This document shows, one piece after another, positions 48,512-57,600 of a DNA stretch of 64,000 nucleotides. The notes below the pieces were generated by a model. It was not told where the DNA came from. It saw only the letters and a program-made list of their open reading frames with translations, and searched no databases. Source of the stretch: Paludibacteraceae bacterium. GTDB lineage: Bacteria; Bacteroidota; Bacteroidia; Bacteroidales; Paludibacteraceae. Position numbers and translations under genes: made by a program. The DNA lies in contig JAFSTG010000044.1 in NCBI GenBank assembly GCA_017450605.1, positions 3,130-67,129 of the forward strand, in the 5' to 3' direction. The number at the start of each line of letters is the position of its first letter. Within the stretch, counting starts at the first letter, position 1.

Positions 48512-49936
48512 ATGCCTCGGTTTAGTTTCATAATGTTTTCTTGGCTTCTGTTGCTCACCTCATGCATCGGTCCGCATGAGGCTCAGAAGGTTCTTGCCGA
48601 GGCTGATAGTCTCTATTATCAAGGTAAGTTATATCGCGATACAGTGCTTTTGAATATTTCAATTAAGGAATACAATAGATTTTTCAATTGCAGCGAAGAA
48701 AAAGCGAGATTGCTTTATTATCTTGGAAGAAACTATTCCTACGAAAAACTTGAAAATAAAGCCGTTGATTATTATATTGCAGCAGCCAAACTTAATACAA
48801 GCGATAATAAGTTACGCGGGCGTTTGTATTCAAATATGGCATATATATGTGCTCAGCAGTATAAAGACAGTTTAGCCTTGATATTTTATAACAAAGGCTC
48901 TGATATTTGGGATGAACTTGTTGATAAAGAATACTATATAGCCAATTTACTTGATATAAGTATGTCTTTGTGTAAAATGAATAAGATAATTGAATCAGAT
49001 AGTGTATGGCAAATTGCTTATAGGTATGCTAACAATGAGTATTTGCGATCCAGAGCCTTCGGAATACGTGCTTATTATTATAATGTTATATGTAAATACG
49101 ATTCTGCTATTTATTGTTTAAATAATATTACAATACCTGAAGTGTTTAATATTGCTTTTTGTGATGCTCAGCATGCCATAGCAATGTTTTACACCGACCG
49201 AGTTGATTCGGCTGTTTATTATGCAAATAAAGTTATTGCTAACCGGTCATCAACTCGTAATCAGCTTATAGCATATACCGTGTTGCGCGAGAAAGCCTAC
49301 AGAGACAATGATATATCCGCTGCTATGAAAAGGGACGACATGGTAGAAGAACTTCAGAAAACCATTGATTCAGAGAATGAGCAACGGACACTTGCGATTA
49401 GTAAATTAGAACAATATCTTCATGAAAAAGAGGATTATAATTGGTTGTGGATATTGCTGTCAGTTTTCTTCGTTGTTGTCAGCTTAATATTATTGTTTTT
49501 ATATTTTTTAAAGAATAAAAAACGCGTCAAGGCTTTGTCAGAAAAAACCGAGATACTTAGAACAAAGGAGGCGGCAATAATGTCGTTCATCAGTCATCAA
49601 CAAAAAACGACTAAAGACAATATACAGAATTTGCGTGGTTGTAATGAGTGGAAAGAGTTGCTCTGTTGGAGTCATGACTCTCAGTCTGCAACAAAGATAG
49701 ATATCTTCTTTAACAACTTTGCCACAAGGCTGCAGACCAACTATAATTTAAATATTGTCGAGATTAAATATTGCACTTTGCTATTGCTGGATTTTGATAG
49801 CAGATATATATCTGAACAACTTCCATATTCCTATTCAGGAATAAAAACATTAAAGAAACGTATAGCAAACAAACTGTTTATTCTTCCTCAGGACATGTCC
49901 GTTTTTCTTGCCAATTTTGCACTTCAATCAGAATGA
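48512..49936 (+). CDS. membrane-anchored regulator: lipoprotein-type signal, TPR-like extracytoplasmic region, one TM helix, C-terminal LuxR-like HTH
   Basis: 474 aa. MPRFSFIMFSWLLLLTSC (lipobox LTSC), then repeated Y/A-rich TPR-like helices, then a TM helix WLWILLSVFFVVVSLILLFLYFL. The C-terminus IVEIKYCTLLLLDFDSRYISEQLPYSYSGIKTLKKRIANKL resembles a GerE/LuxR HTH. Confidence 0.55.
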   Translation: MPRFSFIMFSWLLLLTSCIGPHEAQKVLAEADSLYYQGKLYRDTVLLNISIKEYNRFFNCSEEKARLLYYLGRNYSYEKLENKAVDYYIAAAKLNTSDNKLRGRLYSNMAYICAQQYKDSLALIFYNKGSDIWDELVDKEYYIANLLDISMSLCKMNKIIESDSVWQIAYRYANNEYLRSRAFGIRAYYYNVICKYDSAIYCLNNITIPEVFNIAFCDAQHAIAMFYTDRVDSAVYYANKVIANRSSTRNQLIAYTVLREKAYRDNDISAAMKRDDMVEELQKTIDSENEQRTLAISKLEQYLHEKEDYNWLWILLSVFFVVVSLILLFLYFLKNKKRVKALSEKTEILRTKEAAIMSFISHQQKTTKDNIQNLRGCNEWKELLCWSHDSQSATKIDIFFNNFATRLQTNYNLNIVEIKYCTLLLLDFDSRYISEQLPYSYSGIKTLKKRIANKLFILPQDMSVFLANFALQSE

Positions 49937-50002
49937 CCCGTCTCCATTGGTAAAATGTAGACTCGCCATTGCAGATAATCAGTAGATTACAATTACATTT
50001 GT

Positions 50003-50035
50003 AGACCTCCGATTTTTGGAGGTCTTTTCTATTTT
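50003..50035 (+). terminator. intrinsic terminator after regulator gene
   Basis: agacctcc-gattttt-ggaggtct perfect 8-bp stem followed by a T-rich tract. Confidence 0.65.
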
Positions 50036-50244
50036 ACCTAATTTTGCAGTCGAAAATTAAAGCGAATAAATAGAAGCATTAGCATCTGACATATATTATC
50101 CACCTTAGATATTAAAGGGCACGTCTAAAAAATTCACCGTTTATTAGTTTGCCCTCCGAGAAAGAATAGATTTAACCTTTTATTTGCTTTTGGTTTTTTC
50201 TTGGCATCTTGCAGATAAATCAATTTTTAAAAGTAGCATAAAAA

Positions 50245-50634
50245 ATGAAAAAGTATTTATTATTGTTGGTTTCCCTTATTGGTACTAACCTTATTGTTAA
50301 CGCCGGTTTGCCGCAAGTTATCGAACTTACTGAAGTCATTTCATTCACTCCTCAAGGCGGTCCTTTCCAAGGCTCAGGAGATGACCCCGGCTGCTATACG
50401 TGTTTTACGGCAATTATTACAGATGATATACTCAGTATAAGTAATAATTCTCAAGAATCTGTTAATATTGTCGTTACTAACATAATGACTAATAGCGTCA
50501 TTTTGTCAACTCAGATTTTATCTGAGTTTGACATCGAAGAACAAATTCCAGCAGGTAATTATCATCTGCAAATAATACCTCAAACATCTGCTACGATGGA
50601 AGGTTACTTTGTTTCAGCACAATCAATTCAATAA
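50245..50634 (+). CDS. small secreted protein (DUF3244-like beta-sandwich, tentative)
   Basis: 129 aa with signal peptide MKKYLLLLVSLIGTNLIVNAG. The C-terminal L.I......V.I.V.N......L......IPAGNY.L.I....T..EGYF pattern resembles small Bacteroides beta-sandwich proteins. Confidence 0.5.
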   Translation: MKKYLLLLVSLIGTNLIVNAGLPQVIELTEVISFTPQGGPFQGSGDDPGCYTCFTAIITDDILSISNNSQESVNIVVTNIMTNSVILSTQILSEFDIEEQIPAGNYHLQIIPQTSATMEGYFVSAQSIQ

Positions 50635-50708
50635 TCCGTATCAGTTTTCATCACTATAATTATTATGGTGTGGGAAGAACAATTATCAGCACAAACTAAT
50701 TATTTGAT

Positions 50709-51731
50709 ATGAAAAGATTCGCTTTTGTCATAATAAGTTTGTTTTTTTGTCTTTGTTCTTCGGCACAGACTTTTGAAGTTCCGTTTCTGTTTCAACCTGA
50801 CACTTTGGTAAAAAACTTGCTACCTTTTCAGGATGCAGGTGCGGCAGGCAGAGATATGACATGGAATTTCAGAAGCCTGAGCGCCGGTGAGGATTATCCT
50901 GTTTATATTCTTCAGCCAAACACAAGTGATTCCGCAAAGTTTCACACGGTAGAGCACCGTACCCGCTATTATTGGCGTATATCGGGCGATAGTTTGTATT
51001 CCGGAGGTTTCGAGAATGTCAACGCCTATATGCCGTATAAGCGACCTGAACTTAGTGTAAAACGCCTTATGACCTACGGGGATACCGTTCATAGCGTTTT
51101 TTCCGGCACGGGCGAATACGGTCATCGTCTGCCTCTGTTTGTAGAGGGCGTTGCAGATGTTACCGTTGATGCCTACGGCACACTGATACTGCCGGATGAT
51201 ACTATAAGGAATGTTTTCCGAGTGCATACCATACGCCGTTATTGGGAGATATTCTCCGACACCACCAATCTCGAAACGCACTTGTGGCAATGGTACTCCA
51301 CTGATTATAGATATCCTGTCTTCGAGTCGATGCGAACAGTGCGTGTAAATCCGTTAAATTCGTTGTCTGATACCATTGTTTACTCAGCATCTTTTATGCT
51401 ATCGCCTTCAGAACAAGAAAAAGATGTTATAAATGTTAGGAGAAGAGTTAATATATCATTCTCTGAAGATGAATCAATTTTCAGAGAAGTGAAATCTGCT
51501 CCTAATCCGGTCGTAGATAATTTGCATGTTGAGTGTGTCTTGTTGCGTGATGCAAGTGTGTCTGTTCAGATATTCAGTGCCACTGGTATTAAAATTTATC
51601 ATAATGTTTTCGACCTGTCTGCCGGACATAATTCTTTGTCAATACCTATGTCAACTCAGATTTCCGGTGCTTACACTCTACTTGTAAGTGCAGATGGTGT
51701 CATATTCGAAAAATTGTTTATCAAACAATGA
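50709..51731 (+). CDS. secreted protein with type IX secretion C-terminal sorting domain
   Basis: 340 aa with signal MKRFAFVIISLFFCLCSSAQT. The last ~75 aa (APNPVVDNLHVEC...VSVQIFSATGIKIY...LSAGHNSLSIPM...SGAYTLLV...) fit the T9SS type-A CTD pattern. The stop lies 3 nt before the next ATG. Confidence 0.7.
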   Translation: MKRFAFVIISLFFCLCSSAQTFEVPFLFQPDTLVKNLLPFQDAGAAGRDMTWNFRSLSAGEDYPVYILQPNTSDSAKFHTVEHRTRYYWRISGDSLYSGGFENVNAYMPYKRPELSVKRLMTYGDTVHSVFSGTGEYGHRLPLFVEGVADVTVDAYGTLILPDDTIRNVFRVHTIRRYWEIFSDTTNLETHLWQWYSTDYRYPVFESMRTVRVNPLNSLSDTIVYSASFMLSPSEQEKDVINVRRRVNISFSEDESIFREVKSAPNPVVDNLHVECVLLRDASVSVQIFSATGIKIYHNVFDLSAGHNSLSIPMSTQISGAYTLLVSADGVIFEKLFIKQ

Positions 51732-51734
51732 GTT

Positions 51735-54665
51735 ATGAGGAGATTTTATGTGATATTCATAGTAGCGGCGTTAAGTCGCTTGTTATATTCCCAGCCGTCA
51801 TCGCCTGAGTTGAACGTTCCTCATTCCGTATCAGTTCAACCTCATACAGGTCAGATGCAATATGATATAGAACTCTGCAGTTTGAAAGATCCTGATTTTG
51901 ATATTGCTATTCACCTTACATATACAAGCGACGGCTTTCGACCATTAGTTTATTCCGGCATTGTCGGTAAGGATTGGGCAATATCATTAGGTGGTAGCAT
52001 AACAAGAGATACAAGAGGTTTGCCAGACGACATAAATGAGAGTTTCGAAATGCCCGACCATTCGATAATAGTCAATCGTGGCTATTTAGAGTATCTTAAG
52101 CATATAGATACTTTAGAATACTATTCTCAATATAAAACAGAAGCCGAGATATTCGAACATTTCGATATCTTTGAATCAGCCAAAGATGCGAGTAGCGACT
52201 TATATAGTTTCTCAGTTTGTGGTCATAGCGGTAGTTTTGTTATTGGCTGGGATGGTAATGTGCGTTGTCTAAGTGGTGATATAGTAAGTGCTGATTTTAG
52301 CGGTATGACGACACAATCACGAAATGAGATGTCTAACAACCCATATCTTACAGGTTTTAAGATGCCCGTTCCGTCTCAAATAATATTGACAACATTAGAC
52401 GGCTATCAATACGTATTTGGAGGCAGTTTGGATGCCCTTGAGTTCTCTTATGATTTTCATAACCGGACAGAGAATACTATTTTCCGGCCATCTCCTGTAA
52501 TTACTGCTTGGCATCTGACAAAGATAATATCTCCAAACGGTAGGGAAATAGACTTGCATTACCAACCTCACGACCAGAGCCAATATAGTTATTGCGAATA
52601 TGGCAGAGGCGGGCATTATGTGAATGATGAGTTGCGTTTCACGTCTCTTTCATCTCAGTCTCTTACTCCGGTGGATTATGAGACATACACAGGTGATATA
52701 AACGAGCAGGGAATATGGGGAATTATAAACGGACAGAGTATAGTAAAGACTCATCTTCTTGATTCGTTAACAACAAGTGATAATAGTTTTCGCATAGTCA
52801 TGACATATCAAAGCGACAGCGATTATGTATTTACTCATTTTCCTGACATGCATAGTCCCTTGCTCCCTTCTACCTTCCCTCTCAAATATGTTAAACCCTT
52901 TTTACGCGCAATCAATATTACTACACCTACCGACACTATTTCATCATGGTCATTTATGTACTCTGAGGTTCGTTATGGTTCTGCTCAGACCCCTCGCCGG
53001 TATCTCACGTCCTGCAAAACATTTGGTAATATAGGTTATAGTTTCGTATATGATTTCGACAACATATCATCGCTTACTGAGGTTGATACAATGAGTAATG
53101 TTGATTTATATGGTTATCGGAATACACCGTATCATTACAAATTAGGAACTCTTAAACAGGCAAATGACATCTTAGGTGGTCGGACATTATTTGAATATGA
53201 ACCGTCGGGCTATGATAGTATCCGTATATTTTACAACTCAATAAATGGTTTACAATCAATTTTAAGAAAGGCATCGGGTAATCTTTTCCACAATGCGCGT
53301 ATAAGAGCGATAGAAATCCGCGACGCATCAGATAAATTATATCTCAAGAAACTATATACTTATGGATACAATCCCAATTGGGGACAAAACATGCGTGAAT
53401 TACCTGATTTTTTGCCGACTAATGATGGAGTCCTAAATATCGATTATGCTATACTCACTGACTCTACAAATGATACCTATCTACTTCATGGATATTTACA
53501 TCCGCAGCCTGCAAAATATAGTGTTTTAGAGTACAATAAGGTTACGGAAACGGTGTTTAAAAACGGTTCAAGTTCCGTTACATACAAAAACATTTATTAT
53601 TATGATACAACTAACGACAGCCTCGAATATAAGTCGTTTAGCGAGAATCATTTCTTTGAGATGTATTTATGTGCCTCTCAATGGAAACGACGCCAGAAAT
53701 TGGCTTACATAGAACATTTCGACAATACCGGAGCATTGCGCAACAGGACACAATATACCTATACACCTATTAAGACCGATAACTTTGCTGTAAATATCAC
53801 AAATCTTGTTTGCAAGACATACTATCCCCAGGCACTAACTCAGAGTGTGCAAGAAATTCGCTATGAAACCAATGGAAGTATTTCCGAGCGGAGTGAATAT
53901 GTGTATGATAAGTTTAACAGGCTGAAGACCGAAGATATATATACCGGTACAGAGCATCGTTTCCGCAACTACGTCTATGTTGACGATTTATTTGCGACCG
54001 ATACTATCCGCGTCGGTCAGTTTGCTTGGGGCTGCTGGCTGATGAATAAAAATAAACGTATCCTATTGCCTGTCGAGACAACCATAGGATATGTCAGAAA
54101 TGGTATAAAATACGTTACCTCAAGCTCGTTGACACTTTACAAACTTTATGAGAGTGGAGGACATGTGCAGGATGATATTCTTCCTGTAGATAGCGGGGGG
54201 AACAATTTCGGTTTGCGAAGCGGTATTATCCCGCCCGAAAATTATGTTGCTTATTCCGCTCCTTATGCGGCAATGGAACTACGTCTTTCAGAGCCGATCT
54301 CAGACTTCAGCCCGGTAGCAAAAGTCAGTGGAAGAGTGGTTGCCGACAGCAGATATGACACCGTAGCAACATATTTCTATAATGCCTCTCTCAGACCTGT
54401 TAAGATAGAGCCATACGGAGGATTTGCCAAACATATAGCGTGGGATAGCAAAGGTTTGAATATATTGTCAGAACGCATAGGAGCAAGAACGACAACATAC
54501 ACTTGGAAACCTTATATCGGCATAACATCAAGTACCGATGCCGGAGGCAACACCATATATTATCGTTATAATCTGCTCGGACAATTGATAGAAATATATA
54601 GGATGAGAGGTAACGTTAAAGAAGTTCTGAATTATTACGAATATCATTATCCGGTTTTGGAATAA
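51735..54665 (+). CDS. 976-aa secreted protein with SpvB/TcB-N-like start and sparse YD repeats (Rhs-shell-related accessory protein)
   Basis: Signal MRRFYVIFIVAALSRLLYSQ. The N-terminus HTGQMQYDIEL...IHLTYTSDG...GKDWAISLGGSITRDTRGLPDD resembles the SpvB-domain start of TcB/Rhs shells. There are YD-like repeats (YVYDKFNRLKTE, YYRYNLLGQLIEIY). The stop lies 1 nt before the rhs ATG. Confidence 0.5.
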   Translation: MRRFYVIFIVAALSRLLYSQPSSPELNVPHSVSVQPHTGQMQYDIELCSLKDPDFDIAIHLTYTSDGFRPLVYSGIVGKDWAISLGGSITRDTRGLPDDINESFEMPDHSIIVNRGYLEYLKHIDTLEYYSQYKTEAEIFEHFDIFESAKDASSDLYSFSVCGHSGSFVIGWDGNVRCLSGDIVSADFSGMTTQSRNEMSNNPYLTGFKMPVPSQIILTTLDGYQYVFGGSLDALEFSYDFHNRTENTIFRPSPVITAWHLTKIISPNGREIDLHYQPHDQSQYSYCEYGRGGHYVNDELRFTSLSSQSLTPVDYETYTGDINEQGIWGIINGQSIVKTHLLDSLTTSDNSFRIVMTYQSDSDYVFTHFPDMHSPLLPSTFPLKYVKPFLRAINITTPTDTISSWSFMYSEVRYGSAQTPRRYLTSCKTFGNIGYSFVYDFDNISSLTEVDTMSNVDLYGYRNTPYHYKLGTLKQANDILGGRTLFEYEPSGYDSIRIFYNSINGLQSILRKASGNLFHNARIRAIEIRDASDKLYLKKLYTYGYNPNWGQNMRELPDFLPTNDGVLNIDYAILTDSTNDTYLLHGYLHPQPAKYSVLEYNKVTETVFKNGSSSVTYKNIYYYDTTNDSLEYKSFSENHFFEMYLCASQWKRRQKLAYIEHFDNTGALRNRTQYTYTPIKTDNFAVNITNLVCKTYYPQALTQSVQEIRYETNGSISERSEYVYDKFNRLKTEDIYTGTEHRFRNYVYVDDLFATDTIRVGQFAWGCWLMNKNKRILLPVETTIGYVRNGIKYVTSSSLTLYKLYESGGHVQDDILPVDSGGNNFGLRSGIIPPENYVAYSAPYAAMELRLSEPISDFSPVAKVSGRVVADSRYDTVATYFYNASLRPVKIEPYGGFAKHIAWDSKGLNILSERIGARTTTYTWKPYIGITSSTDAGGNTIYYRYNLLGQLIEIYRMRGNVKEVLNYYEYHYPVLE

Positions 54666-54666
54666 T

Positions 54667-57600
54667 ATGAGGTTGGGTCGCTTATATATTGTCATATTGT
54701 TTTGTTGCTTGTCAGCTGATGTTTGGTCTCAGGTGATTATCAATCAGGTGTTTTACGATAGTCCGCTAAACGAAGAGATTACTCATCCGCCTTATTCTAA
54801 TGGTGAGTTCATAGAGCTGTACAATACTCAAGATAGTGCTGTATCTCTTTCCGGCTGGCATCTTCATGGGGGAGGCAAGACAGAAAGATATGATTTTCCG
54901 TCGAATATAACACTCTCTGCACATGGTTACCTTTCTGTTGCTTATCGTCATTTGCAAACATCATCGTTCGTCTTGGATTCTCTTATAGAGTTACCCGATT
55001 CGTATTTGGTCCTCTATCAGCGCAAGGTGATATTGAGCAACTCCGGCGAAGGTCTCGCTTTGTATAATGCCGACAATATGCGTGTTGATACGATGCGTTA
55101 TACAGCACGCCCTGCAAAGAATGCAGACAGCATCCCTTTGGCAGATTGTCTGAGTATGCAGCGCATAGGGATATCCTATAACCAGAATCAGCATGGGGTG
55201 TATCAATCGCAAGACTGGGTGGCGGGATTTGTGAACTTCGCTCAGACCGCCCCAACTCAGCAGTCATGGTTGCCGGATGCCGATTATTACGGAGGCAGTC
55301 TTATGGTCTCTAACGACAAGGCTTATATAGTCAGAGTGTCGTCGCGAAGCAGCACAAGTGGCATCACTTCTACCGAAGGCGATGTGCTTGTCAGTGGAGG
55401 TGGCATGGCTGATGTTACAATAACGTGGTATGACCCTCTTGGACGCAATATTCAGTCAACCCAACGCCGCAAAACTTCATCAGGGAAGAATATAGTCACA
55501 AGCACCTTATACACAGCGTCCAATTCAACCCGGCAATGGCTGCCGCTGCCTACAGAAAGCAACGACTTCTTCGAAGAAAGTGTTTTTGCCTCGTCTGCTA
55601 CGAGTTATTACGACGATAATGCACCATATCGTGAAACTGTATATGAGAAACTATACAAAGGCAGACCAACCACTACCACTCAGGCGGGAGTAGAATATCA
55701 GTCGCACCCTGCAACAGAATCGTATGGAGTGAATGTGTCAGATGAAGTCGTTCGCTGGAGCGTCGGTCAGCAGCAAGTACTTAAAGAAGGTTGCTATTCT
55801 GAAGGCACATTGCAAAAACTTACGCATGCCGATGAAGACGGACACGCAGCAACTATATTTACCGATGCCGCCGGCAAGAAGATAATGCTTCGAATGGGCG
55901 ATGATGTGGAAACATATTATGTGTACGACGATTTAGGTCGGCTGCGTTATGTCTTACCCCCTGCTGCAGTTAAGGCGCTTTCAAGTTGTAGTTCTTTCAC
56001 TGATTCGGCAGAACCTGTCAGGCATTATGCATATATCTACCGTTATGACAATCGCGGCAACTGCATATACAAGAAGCTGCCCGGCATAGAACCTATCTAT
56101 ATGGTTTACGACAGGCTTGGTCAGCTTGCACTGACGCAAGACGGCAATCAGCGTCAACGTGGCGACTATTGGACAGCCATAAGATATAATCAGTATGGCG
56201 ACATGGTAATTCGTTGCGAGATATTATCAGCAAGTAGCAGTCACGCAGATATGCTTTCTTATTGGAGTGACAAAACAGCTTTGGCATCATTCTCGTTGGA
56301 ACCGAGTAATAGGGCAATTGCCGGTACCGGTTATATCGACGCCAACGAGTCATTACAAGTTTCTCAAATGCTTGAAGTCAACTACTACGATGACTATGCA
56401 AGCCTTTCCTGTCTGCCGGATAGTATCTCCAACCGTCTAACATATCAACAGCTGAGCGGTTATGATACTCGCTCTAATAACGCTATCGGTATGCTGACGA
56501 GCAAACGCATCTATACACTCGGCGATACAACCTATACATATACAGTATATTATTACGACAAATACGGACAACTTATTCAGCAGCGTGCGAGTGAGTGGGA
56601 CGGCAGTTACGAATATTCGTATATGGCATATAACTTTGACGGAAGTGTTGCCAACACCTTAAAACAACGTTCTCAAATCACAGAGACATATACTTATGAG
56701 TATGATATCACAGGCATGCCAACACGGACGTTGTATAGTATAAACAACAGTGAGCCGACAGTGCTGTCAGCCGACTCTTACGATGACCTAAGTCGATTGA
56801 CCAACCGCCAACGGCACAATGCAGCAGACTCAGAGAGCTATGAGTATGACTTGCGAGGCAACCTCACGCAAACACAAAGCGGAGATTTTACCGAATTGCT
56901 TGTCTATGTGAGTGGTAATATCGGTTATTGCGGAACTATCTCAGAAATGACGGTGGTGCAGGATACCATACAGCAAAATTGGCATTATCAGTATGACAAC
57001 CTAAAGCGTCTTACTTCGTCATCGCTTACAAATGGCAATAGTGCCCAAAGACTTTCCGAGCAACTTACATACGACGATATGGGTAATATCCTTACCTTAG
57101 AGCGCTATGTAGGCGGAGTGCTGACCGATGACCTCGAATATTCCTATCGCGGTAATCAGCTTGTCGGACTGACCAATTACGCTGAGCCGTCTGACACATA
57201 CGATATTACGCAGTATCCCGACCGTTCCGATGCCGATACGACCATGCGTTACGATGCTAACGGAAATTTAATTGCAGATTTCGACCGACAAATTTCTGCA
57301 ATTCAATATAATTTACTAAATTTGCCGACGCAAGTACAATTTTCAAACGGCAATGCTATTGTCAACACATATAATGCCGGCGGCGTGAAACTATCAACCA
57401 CGTATTATACCTTACCTGAGAATGTAGTAGTACCGATAGGTACGATACTGCCAATAGAATACACGTCGTCGGATGTCTCTGTTTATCAAAAGAGATATTT
57501 CGGAAACGTAGAGTACGAAAGTTTTGCGAACGACACCACCGTGCAGGTAAGAATACACAATGCCGAAGGGTATGTGGCGGCAACACTTAGTAACGACCAC

